DNA of 64,000 nt from Eledone cirrhosa. Its lineage: Eukaryota. Location of the stretch: contig OZ024741.1 of the NCBI GenBank assembly GCA_964016885.1, positions 250,976,001-251,040,000 of the forward strand, read 5' to 3'. The notes beneath the pieces were generated by a model. It had not been told where the DNA came from. It saw nothing but the letters and a program-made list of their open reading frames with translations, and did no database searches. Positions 39,601 to 51,829 of this stretch are shown piece by piece. Made by a program: the position numbers and the translations under genes. Position 1 is the stretch's first letter. Each line of letters opens with the position of its first letter.

Positions 39601-42600
39601 CAAGGGGAGATAATTTCCAGCCGTCCAAGGGGAGATAATTTCCAGCCAGCCAAGGGGAGATAATTTCCAGCCAGCCAAGGGGAGATATTTGTAAAAAAAA
39701 TCAGGGAGAGATAATTTGTAAAAAAAAAATCAGGGGTAGATAATTTGTAGAAGACATAAAGGTGAGATAATTTCCAGCCGTCCAAGGGGAGAAAATTTAC
39801 ATCCAGCCAAGGGGAGATAATTTTTTTAAAAAAATCAGGCGGAGATAATTTGTAAAAAAAAATCAGGGGGAGATAATTTCCAGCCGTCCAAGGGGAGATA
39901 ATTTGCAGCCCTACAAGCAGCTATAATTTCCAGCCGTCCAAAGGGAGATAATTTCCAGCCAGCGAAGGGGAGATAATTTTTTTTTAAATTAGGGGGAGAT
40001 TTGCAAAAAAAATCAGGGGGAGATAATTTGTAAAAAAAAATCAAGGGGAAATAATTTCCAGCCGTCCAAGGGGAGATAATTTCCAGCCGTCCAAGGGGAG
40101 ATAATTTCCAGCCGTCCAAGGAGAGTTAATTTCTAGCCGTCCAAGGGGAGATAATTTCCAGCCGTCCAAGGGGAGATAATTTCCAGCCGTCCAACGGGAG
40201 ATAATTTCCAGCCGTTCAAGGGGAGATGATTTCCAGCCGTCCAAGGAGAGGTAATTTCTAGCCGTCCAAGGGGAGATAATTTCCAGCCGTCCAAGGGGAG
40301 ATAAATTCCAGCCTCCAAGGGGAAATAATTTCCAGCCAGCCAAGGGGAGATAATTTGTAAAAAAATCAGGGGGAGATAATTTGTAAAAAAAAATCAGGGG
40401 GAGATAATTTGTAAAAAAAAATCAGGGGGAGATAATTTGTAAAAAAAAATCAGGGGGAGATAATTTGTAAAAAAAATCAAGGGGAGATAATTTCCAGCCG
40501 TCCAAGGGGAGATAATTTTCAGCCGTCCAAGGAGAGGTAATTTCTAGCCGTCCAAGGGGAGATAATTTCCAGCCGTCCAAGGGTAGATAATTTCCAGCCG
40601 TCCAAGGGGAGATAATTTTTTTAAAAAAGATCAGGCGGAGATAATTTGTAAAAAAAAAATCAGGGGGAGATAATTTGTAAAAAAAAATCGGGGAGATAAT
40701 TTGTAAAAAAATATCAGGGGGAGATAATATGTAAAAAAAATCAAGGGGAGATAATTTCCAGCCGTCCAAGGGAAGATAATTTCCAGCCCTCCAAGGGGCT
40801 ATAATTTCCAGCGTCCAAGGGGAGATAATTTCCAGCCAGCGAAAGGGAGATAATTTTTTTAAAAAAATCACTGTGAGATTTGTAAAAAAAATCAGGCGTA
40901 GATAATTTGTAAAAAAAATCAAGGGGAGATAATTTCCAGCCGTCCAAGGGGAGATAATTTCCAGCCGTGCAAGGGGAGATAATTTCCAGCCGTCCAAGGG
41001 AAGATAATTTCCATCCTTCCAAGGGGAGATAATTTCCAGCCGTCCAAGGGGAGATTATTTCCCGCCAGCCAAGGTAAGGTAATATTTAAAAAAATCAGGC
41101 GGAGATAATTTGTAAAATAAATCAGTGGGAGATAATTTGTAAAAAAAAAATCAGGGGGAGATAATTTGTAAAAAAAAATCAGGCGGAGATAATTTGTAAA
41201 AAAAATCAAGGGGAGATAATTTCCAGCCGTTCAAGGGGAGATAATTTCTAGCCGTCCAAGGGGAGATAATTTCCAGCCGTCCAAGGGGAGATAAATTCCA
41301 GCCTCCAAGGGGAGATAATTTGTAAAAAAATCAGGGGGAGATAATTTGTAAAAAAAAATCAGGGGGAGATAATTTGTAAAAAAAAATCAGGGGTGATAAT
41401 ATGTAAAAAAAATCAAGGGGAGATAATTTCCAGCCGTCCAAGGGAAGATAATTTCCAGCCCTCCAAGGGGCTATAATTTCCAGCGTCCAAGGGGGGGTAA
41501 TTTCCAGCCAGCGAAGGGGAGATAATTTTTTTTAAAAAATCACTGGGAGATTTGTAAAAGAAATCAGGGGGAGATAATTTGTAAAAAAAATCAAGGGGAG
41601 ATAATTTCCAGCCGTCCAAAGAGAGATAATTTCTAGCCGTCCAAGGGGAGATAATTTCCAGCCAAGGGGAGATAATTTCCAGCCGTCCAAGGGGAGATAA
41701 TTTGTAAAAAAATCAGGGGGAGATAATTTGTAAAAAAAATCAGGGGGAGATAATTTGTAAAAACAAAATCAAGGGCAGATAATTTCCAGCCGTCCAAGGG
41801 GAGATAATTTCCAGCCGTGCAAGGGGAGATAATTTGTAAAAAAATCAGGGGGAGATAATTTCCAGCCGTCCAAGGGGAGATAATTTTCAGCCGTCCAAGG
41901 AGAGGTAATTTCTAGCCGTCCAAGGGGAGATAATTTCCAGCCGTGCAAGGGGAGATAATTTCCAGCCAGCCAAGGGGAGATAATTTCCAGCCAGCCAAGG
42001 GGAGATAATTTCCACCCGTCCAAGGGGAGATAATTTCCATCCAGCCAAGGGGAAATAATTTTAAAACAATCAGGCGGAGATAATTTGTAAAAAAAAAAAT
42101 CAGGGGGAGATAATTTGTAAAAAAAAATCAGGGGGAGCTAATTTGTAAAAAAATATCAGGGGGAGATAATTTCCAGCCAGCCAAGGGGAGATAATTTCCA
42201 GCCAGCCAAGGGGAGATAATTTGTAAAAAAAATCAATGGGAGATAATTTCCAGCCGTCCAAGGGGAGATAATTTCCAGCCAGCCAACGGGAGATAATTTC
42301 CAGCCAGCCAAGGGGAGATATTTGTAAAAAAAAATCAGGGAGAGATAATTTGTAAAAAAAAAATCAGGGGTAGATAATTTGTAGAAGAAATCAAGGGGAG
42401 ATAATTTCCAGCGGTCCAAGGGGAGATAATTTCCATCCAGCCAAGGGGAGATAATTTTTTTTTAAATATGAGGCGGAGATAATTTGTAAAAAAAAATCAG
42501 GGTGAGATAATTAGTAAAAAAATCAAGGGGAGATAATTCCCAGCCGTCCAAGGGGAGATAATTTCCAGCCCTAAAAGCGGCTATAATTTCCAACCGTCCA

Positions 42601-43895
42601 AAGGAAGATAATTTCCAGCCAGCGAAGGGGAGATAATTTTTTTTTAAATTAGGGGGAGATTTGTAAAAAAAAATCAGGGGGAGATAATTTGTAAAAAAAA
42701 TCAAGGGGAAATAATTTCCAGCCGTCCAAGGGGAGATAATTTCCAGCCGTCCAAGGGCAGATAATTTCCAGCCGTCCAAGGAGAGATAATTTCCAGCCGT
42801 CCAAGGGCAGATAATTTCCAGCCGTCCAAGGAGAGGTAATTTCTAGCCGTCCAAGGGGAGATAATTTCCAGCCTCCAAGGGGAGATAATTTCCAGCCAGC
42901 CAAGGGGAGATAATTTGAAAAAAAAATCAGGAGATAATTTGTAAAAAAAAATCAGGAGGAGATAATTTGTAAAAAAAAATCAGGGGGAGATAATTTGTAA
43001 AAAAAAATCAGGGGGAGATAATTTGTAAAAAAAATCAAGGGGAGATAATTTCCAGCCGTCCAAGGGGAGATAATTTTCAGCCGTCCAAGGAGAGGTAATT
43101 TCTAGCCGTCCAAGGGGAGATAATTTCCAGCCGTCCAAAGGGAGATAATTTAAAAAAAATCAGGTGGAGATAATTGGTAAAAAAAAAATCAGGGGGAGAT
43201 AATTTGTAAAAAAAAATCAGGGGGAGATAATTTGTAAAAAAATCAAGGGGAGATAATTTCCAGCCGTCCAAGGGGAGATAATTTCCAGCCAAGGGGAGAT
43301 AATTTCCAGCCGTCCAAGGGGAGATAATTTTTTAAAAAATCAGGTGGAGATAATTTGTAAAAAAAATCAGGGGAAGATAATTTGTAAAATCAAAATCAAG
43401 GGCAGATAATTTCCAGCCGTCCAAGGGGAGATAATTTCCAGCAGTGCAAGGGGAGATAATTTCCAGCCGTCCAAGGGGATATAATTTCCATCCTTCCAAG
43501 GGGAGATAATTTCCAGGCGTCCAAGGGGAGATAATTTTCCGCCAGCCAAGGGAAGATCATATTTAAAAAAATCAGGCGGAGATAATTTGTAAAAAAAATC
43601 AGGGGGAGATAATTTGTAAAAAAATCAGGGTGAAATAATTTGTAAAAAAAAACAGGGGGAGATAATTTGTAAAAAAAAATCAGGGGGAGAAAATTTGAAA
43701 AAAAAATCAGGGGTAGCTAATTTGTAAAAAAAAATCAGGGGGAGATAATTTGTAAAAAAAAAATCAGGGGGAGATAATTTGTAAAAAGAATCAAGGGGAG
43801 ATAATTTCCAGCCGTCCAAAGAGAGATAATTTCTAGCCGTCCAAGGGGAGATAATTTCCAGCCGTCCAAGGGGAGATAATTTGTAAAAAAAATCA
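30685..43895 (+). repeat. Large segmental repeat, copy 2
   Basis: Collinear with 12510-25695 at offset ~18.18 kb, and up to ~41620 with 51830-62770 at offset ~21.15 kb. Confidence 0.93.
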
Positions 43896-46800
43896 AGGGG
43901 AGATAATTTCCAGCCGTCCAAGCGGAGATAATTTTCAGCCGTCCAAGGAGAGGTAATTTCTAGCCGTTCAAGGGGAGATAATTTCCAGCCGTCCAAGGGG
44001 AGATAATTTCCAGCCGTCCAAGGGGAGATAATTTTAAAAAAAAATCAGGCGGAGCTAATTTGTAAAAAAATAATCAGGGGCAGATAATTTGTAAAAAAAA
44101 ATCAGGGGGAGATAATTTGTATACAAAATCAAGGGGAGATAATTTCCAACCGTCCAAGGGGAGATAATTTACAGCTGTCCAAGGAGAGGTAATTTCTAGG
44201 CGTCCAAGGGTAGATAATTTCCAGCCGTCCAAGGGGAGATAATTTCCAGCCAGCCAAGGGGAGATAATTTCCAGCCAGCCAAGGGGAGATATTTGTAAAA
44301 AAAAATCAGGGAGAGATAATTTGTAAAAAAAAAATCAGGGGTAGATAATTTGTAGAAGACATAAAGGTGAGATAATTTCCAGCCGTCCAAGGGGAGAAAA
44401 TTTACATCCAGCCAAGGGGAGATAATTTTTTAAAAAAAATCAGGCGGAGATAATTTGTAAAAAAAAATCAGGGGGAGATAATTTCCAGCCGTCCAAGGGG
44501 AGATAATTTCCAGCCCTACAAGCAGCTATAATTTCCAGCCGTCCAAAGGGAGATAATTTCCAGCCAGCGAAGGGGAGATAATTTTTTTTTAAATTAGGGG
44601 GAGATTTGCAAAAAAAATCAGGGGGAGATAATTTGTAAAAAAAATCAAGGGGAAATAATTTCCAGACGTCCAAGGGGAGATAATTTCCAGCCGTCCAAGG
44701 AGAGATAATTTCCAGCCGTCCAAGGGGAGATAATTTCCAGCCGTTCAAGGGGAGATGATTTCCAGCCGTCCAAGGAGAGGTAATTTCTAGCCGTCCAAGG
44801 GGAGATAATTTCCAGCCGTCCAAGGGGAGATAAATTCCAGCCTCCAAAGGGAGATAATTTCCAGCCAGCCAAGGGGAGATAATTTGTAAAAAAATCAGGG
44901 GGAGATAATTTGTAAAAAAAAATCAGGGGGAGATAATTTGTAAAAAAAATCAGGGGGAGATAATTTGTAAAAAAAAATCAGGGGGAGATAATTTGTAAAA
45001 AAAATCAAGGGGAGATAATTTCCAGCCGTCCAAGGGGAGATAATTTTCAGCCGTCCAAGGAGAGGTAAGTTCTAGCCGTCCAAGGGGAGATAATTTCCAG
45101 CCGTCCAAGGGTAGATAATTTCCAGCCGTCCAAGGGGAGATAATTTTTTTAAAAAAATCAGGCGGAGATAATTTGTAAAAAAAAAATCAGGGGGAGATAA
45201 TTTGTAAAAAAAAATCGGGGAGATAATTTGTAAAAAAAAATCAGGGGGAGATAATATGTAAAAAAAATCAAGGGGAGATAATTTCCAGCCGTCCAAGGGA
45301 AGATAATTTCCAGCCCTCCAAGGGGCTATAATTTCCAGCGTCCAAGGGGAGATAATTTCCAGCCAGCGAAAGGGAGATAATTTTTTTTAAAAAATCACTG
45401 TGAGATTTGTAAAAAAAATCAGGGGGAGATAATTTGTAAAAAAAAAATCAGGGGAGATAATTTGTAAAAAAAATCAGGCGGAGATAATTTGTAAAAAAAA
45501 TCAAGGGGAGATAATTTTCAGCCGTCCAAGGAGAGGTAATTTCTAGCCGTCCAAGGGGAGATAATTTCCAGCCGTCCAAGGGGAGATAATTTCCAGCCGT
45601 CCAAGGGGAGATAATTTTTTTTAAAAAATCAGGCGGAGATAATTTGTAAAAAAAAAATCAGGGGGAGATAATTTGTAAAAAAAAATCAGGGGGAGATAAT
45701 TTGTAAAAAAATCAAGGGGAGATAATTTCCAGCCGTCCAAGGGAAGATAATTTCCAGCCTCCAAGGGGCTATAATTTCCAGCGTCCAAGGGGAGATAATT
45801 TCCAGCCAGCGAAGGGGAGATAATTTTTTTTTAAAAATCACTGGGAGATTTGTAAAAAAAATCAGGGGGAGATAATTTGTAAAAAGAATCAAGGGGAGAT
45901 AATTTCCAGCCGTCCAAAGAGAGATAATTTCAAGCCGTGCAAGGGGAGATAATTTCCAGCCGTCCAAGGGGAGATAATTTTTTTAAATATCAGGTGGAGA
46001 TAATTTGTAAAAAAAATCAGGGGGAGATAATTTGTAAAAACAAAATCAAGGGCAGATAATTTCCAGCCGTCCAAGGGGAGATAATTTCCAGCCGTGCAAG
46101 GGGAGATAATTTGTAAAAAAAATCAGGGTGAGATAATTTCCAGCCGTCCAAGGGGAGATAATTTTCAGCCGTCCAAGGAGAGGTAATTTCTAGCCGTCCA
46201 AGGGAAGATAATTTCCAGCCGTGCAAGGGGAGATAATTTCCAGCCGTCCAAGGGGAGATAATTTCCATCCTTCCAAGGGGAGATAATTTCCAGTCGTCCA
46301 AGGGGAGATAATTTCCAGCCGTTCAAGGGGAGATAATTTCTAGCCGTCCAAGGGGAGATAATTTCCAGCCGTCCAAGGGGAGATAAATTCCAGCCTCCAA
46401 GGGGAGATAATTTCCACCCAGCCAAGGGGAGATAATTTGTAAAAAAATCAGGGGGAGATAATTTGTAAAAAAAAATCAGGGGGAGATAATTTGTAAAAAA
46501 AATCAGGGGTGATAATATGTAAAAAAAATCAAGGGGAGATAATTTCCAGCCGTCCAAGGGAAGATAATTTCCAGCCCTCCAAGGGGCTATAATTTCCAGC
46601 GTCCAAGGGGAGGTAATTTCCAGCCAGCGAAGAGGAGATAATTTTTTTTTAAAAATCACTGGGAGATTTGTAAAAAAAATCAGGGGGAGATAATTTGTAA
46701 AAAAAATCAAGGGGAGATAATTTCCAGCCGTCCAAAGAGAGATAATTTCTAGCCGTCCAAGGGGAGATAATTTCCAGCCAAGGGGAGATAATTTCCAGCC

Positions 46801-49800
46801 GTCCAAGGGGAGATAATTTTTTTAAATATCAGGTGGAGATAATTTGTAAAAAAAATCAGGGGGAGATAATTTGTAAAAACAAAATCAAGGGCAGATAATT
46901 TCCAGCCGTCCAAGGGGAGATAATTTCCAGCCGTGCAAGGGGAGATAATTTGTAAAAAAAATCAGGGGGAGATAATTTCCAGCCGTCCAAGGGGAAATAA
47001 TTTTCAGCCGTCCAAGGAGAGGTAATTTCTAGCCGTCCAAGGGGAGATAATTTCCAGCCGTGCAAGGGGAGATAATTTCCAGCCGTCCAAGGGGAGATAA
47101 TTTCCATCCTTCCAAGGGGAGATAATTTCCAGGCGTCCAAGGGGAGATAATTTCCCGCCAGCCAAGGGAAGATAATATTTAAAAAAATCAGGCGGAGATA
47201 ATTTGTAAAATAAATCAGGGGGAGATAATTTGTAAAAAAATCAGGGGGAAATAATTTGTAAAAAAAAACAGGGGGAGATAATTTCCAGCCGTCCAAGGGG
47301 AGATAATTTTCAGCCGTCCAAGGAGAGGTAATTTCTAGCCGTTCAAGGGGAGATAATTTCCAGCCGTCCAAGGGGAGATAATTTCCAGCCGTCCAAGGGG
47401 AGATAATTTTAAAAAAAAATCAGGCGGAGCTAATTTGTAAAAAAATAATCAGGGGCAGATAATTTGTAAAAAAAAATCAGGGGGAGATAATTTGTATACA
47501 AAATCAAGGGGAGATAATTTCCAACCGTCCAAGGCGAGATAATTTCCAGCCGTCCAAGGGGAGATAATTTACAGCTGTCCAAGGAGAGGTAATTTCTAGG
47601 CGTCCAAGGGGAGATAATTTCCAGCCGTCCAAGGGGAGATAATTTCCAGCCAGCCAAGGGGAGATAATTTCCAGCCAGCCAAGGGGAGATATTTGTAAAA
47701 AAAATCAGGGAGAGATAATTTGTAAAAAAAAAATCAGGGGTAGATAATTTGTAGAAGACATAAAGGTGAGATAATTTCCAGCCGTCCAAGGGGAGAAAAT
47801 TTACATCCAGCCAAGGGGAGATAATTTTTTTAAAAAAATCAGGCGGAGATAATTTGTAAAAAAAAATCAGGGGGAGATAATTTCCAGCCGTCCAAGGGGA
47901 GATAATTTGCAGCCCTACAAGCAGCTATAATTTCCAGCCGTCCAAAGGGAGATAATTTCCAGCCAGCGAAGGGGAGATAATTTTTTTTTAAATTAGGGGG
48001 AGATTTGCAAAAAAAATCAGGGGGAGATAATTTGTAAAAAAAAATCAAGGGGAAATAATTTCCAGCCGTCCAAGGGGAGATAATTTCCAGCCGTCCAAGG
48101 GGAGATAATTTCCAGCCGTCCAAGGAGAGTTAATTTCTAGCCGTCCAAGGGGAGATAATTTCCAGCCGTCCAAGGGGAGATAATTTCCAGCCGTCCAACG
48201 GGAGATAATTTCCAGCCGTTCAAGGGGAGATGATTTCCAGCCGTCCAAGGAGAGGTAATTTCTAGCCGTCCAAGGGGAGATAATTTCCAGCCGTCCAAGG
48301 GGAGATAAATTCCAGCCTCCAAGGGGAAATAATTTCCAGCCAGCCAAGGGGAGATAATTTGTAAAAAAATCAGGGGGAGATAATTTGTAAAAAAAAATCA
48401 GGGGGAGATAATTTGTAAAAAAAAATCAGGGGGAGATAATTTGTAAAAAAAAATCAGGGGGAGATAATTTGTAAAAAAAATCAAGGGGAGATAATTTCCA
48501 GCCGTCCAAGGGGAGATAATTTTCAGCCGTCCAAGGAGAGGTAATTTCTAGCCGTCCAAGGGGAGATAATTTCCAGCCGTCCAAGGGTAGATAATTTCCA
48601 GCCGTCCAAGGGGAGATAATTTTTTTAAAAAAGATCAGGCGGAGATAATTTGTAAAAAAAAAATCAGGGGGAGATAATTTGTAAAAAAAAATCGGGGAGA
48701 TAATTTGTAAAAAAATATCAGGGGGAGATAATATGTAAAAAAAATCAAGGGGAGATAATTTCCAGCCGTCCAAGGGAAGATAATTTCCAGCCATCCAAGG
48801 GGCTATAATTTCCAGCGTCCAAGGGGAGATAATTTCCAGCCAGCGAAAGGGAGATAATTTTTTTAAAAAAATCACTGTGAGATTTGTAAAAAAAATCAGG
48901 CGTAGATAATTTGTAAAAAAAATCAAGGGGAGATAATTTCCAGCCGTCCAAGGGGAGATAATTTCCAGCCGTGCAAGGGGAGATAATTTCCAGCCGTCCA
49001 AGGGAAGATAATTTCCATCCTTCCAAGGGGAGATAATTTCCAGCCGTCCAAGGGGAGATTATTTCCCGCCAGCCAAGGTAAGGTAATATTTAAAAAAATC
49101 AGGCGGAGATAATTTGTAAAATAAATCAGTGGGAGATAATTTGTAAAAAAAAAATCAGGGGGAGATAATTTGTAAAAAAAATCAAGGGGAGATAATTTCC
49201 AGCCGTTCAAGGGGAGATAATTTCTAGCCGTCCAAGGGGAGATAATTTCCAGCCGTCCAAGGGGAGATAAATTCCAGCCTCCAAGGGGAGATAATTTGTA
49301 AAAAAATCAGGGGGAGATAATTTGTAAAAAAAAATCAGGGGGAGATAATTTGTAAAAAAAAATCAGGGGTGATAATATGTAAAAAAAATCAAGGGGAGAT
49401 AATTTCCAGCCGTCCAAGGGAAGATAATTTCCAGCCCTCCAAGGGGCTATAATTTCCAGCGTCCAAGGGGGGGTAATTTCCAGCCAGCGAAGGGGAGATA
49501 ATTTTTTTTAAAAAATCACTGGGAGATTTGTAAAAGAAATCAGGGGGAGATAATTTGTAAAAAAAATCAAGGGGAGATAATTTCCAGCCGTCCAAAGAGA
49601 GATAATTTCTAGCCGTCCAAGGGGAGATAATTTCCAGCCAAGGGGAGATAATTTCCAGCCGTCCAAGGGGAGATAATTTTTTTAAATATCAGGTGGAGAT
49701 AATTTGTAAAAAAAATCAGGGGGAGATAATTTGTAAAAACAAAATCAAGGGCAGATAATTTCCAGCCGTCCAAGGGGAGATAATTTCCAGCCGTGCAAGG

Positions 49801-51760
49801 GGAGATAATTTGTAAAAAAATCAGGGGGAGATAATTTCCAGCCGTCCAAGGGGAGATAATTTTCAGCCGTCCAAGGAGAGGTAATTTCTAGCCGTCCAAG
49901 GGGAGATAATTTCCAGCCGTGCAAGGGGAGATAATTTCCAGCCAGCCAAGGGGAGATAATTTCCAGCCAGCCAAGGGGAGATAATTTCCACCCGTCCAAG
50001 GGGAGATAATTTCCATCCAGCCAAGGGGAAATAATTTTAAAACAATCAGGCGGAGATAATTTGTAAAAAAAAAAATCAGGGGGAGATAATTTGTAAAAAA
50101 AAATCAGGGGGAGCTAATTTGTAAAAAAATATCAGGGGGAGATAATTTCCAGCCAGCCAAGGGGAGATAATTTCCAGCCAGCCAAGGGGAGATAATTTGT
50201 AAAAAAAATCAATGGGAGATAATTTCCAGCCGTCCAAGGGGAGATAATTTCCAGCCAGCCAACGGGAGATAATTTCCAGCCAGCCAAGGGGAGATATTTG
50301 TAAAAAAAATTCAGGGAGAGATAATTTGTAAAAAAAAAATCAGGGGTAGATAATTTGTAGAAGAAATCAAGGGGAGATAATTTCCAGCGGTCCAAGGGGA
50401 GATAATTTCCATCCAGCCAAGGGGAGATAATTTTTTTTTAAATATGAGGCGGGGATAATTTGTAAAAAAAAATCAGGGTGAGATAATTAGTAAAAAAATC
50501 AAGGGGAGATAATTCCCAGCCGTCCAAGGGGAGATAATTTCCAGCCCTAAAAGCGGCTATAATTTCCAACCGTCCAAAGGAAGATAATTTCCAGCCAGCG
50601 AAGGGGAGATAATTTTTTTTTAAATTAGGGGGAGATTTGTAAAAAAAATCAGGGGGAGATAATTTGTAAAAAAAATCAAGGGGAAATAATTTCCAGCCGT
50701 CCAAGGGGAGATAATTTCCAGCCGTCCAAGGGCAGATAATTTCCAGCCGTCCAAGGAGAGATAATTTCCAGCCGTCCAAGGGCAGATAATTTCCAGCCGT
50801 CCAAGGAGAGGTAATTTCTAGCCGTCCAAGGGGAGATAATTTCCAGCCTCCAAGGGGAGATAATTTCCAGCCAGCCAAGGGGAGATAATTTGAAAAAAAA
50901 ATCAGGAGATAATTTGTAAAAAAAAATCAGGAGGAGATAATTTGTAAAAAAAAATCAGGGGGAGATAATTTGTAAAAAAAAATCAGGGGGAGATAATTTG
51001 TAAAAAAAATCAAGGGGAGATAATTTCCAGCCGTCCAAGGGGAGATAATTTTCAGCCGTCCAAGGAGAGGTAATTTCTAGCCGTCCAAGGGGAGATAATT
51101 TCCAGCCGTCCAAAAGGAGATAATTTCCAGCCGTCCAAGGGGAGATAATTTAAAAAAAATCAGGTGGAGATAATTGGTAAAAAAAAAATCAGGGGGAGAT
51201 AATTTGTAAAAAAAAATCAGGGGGAGATAATTTGTAAAAAAATCAAAGGGAGATAATTTCCAGCCGTCCAAGGGGAGATAATTTCCAGCCAAGGGGAGAT
51301 AATTTCCAGCCGTCCAAGGGGAGATAATTTTTTAAAAAATCAGGTGGAGATAATTTGTAAAAAAAATCAGGGGAAGATAATTTGTAAAATCAAAATCAAG
51401 GGCAGATAATTTCCAGCCGTCCAAGGGGAGATAATTTCCAGCAGTGCAAGGGGAGATAATTTCCAGCCGTCCAAGGGGATATAATTTCCATCCTTCCAAG
51501 GGGAGATAATTTCCAGGCGTCCAAGGGGAGATAATTTTCCGCCAGCCAAGGGAAGATCATATTTAAAAAAATCAGGCGGAGATAATTTGTAAAAAAAATC
51601 AGGGGGAGATAATTTGTAAAAAAATCAGGGTGAAATAATTTGTAAAAAAAAACAGGGGGAGATAATTTGTAAAAAAAAATCAGGGGGAGAAAATTTGAAA
51701 AAAAAATCAGGGGTAGCTAATTTGTAAAAAAAATCAGGGGGAGATAATTTGAAAAAAAAA
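43875..51760 (+). repeat. ~8-kb tandem re-copy of ~35870-43790 (offset 8,004, then 7,976-8,000), mosaic in its second half
   Basis: ORF pairs 36192/44196, 38161/46165 and 40741/48745 (8004), 41413/49389 and 42156/50132 (7976), 43367/51367 (8000). Confidence 0.9.
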
Positions 51761-51829
51761 AATCAGGGGGAGATAATTTGTAAAAAAATCAAGGGGAGAT
51801 AATTTCCAGCCGTCCAAGGGGAGATAATT

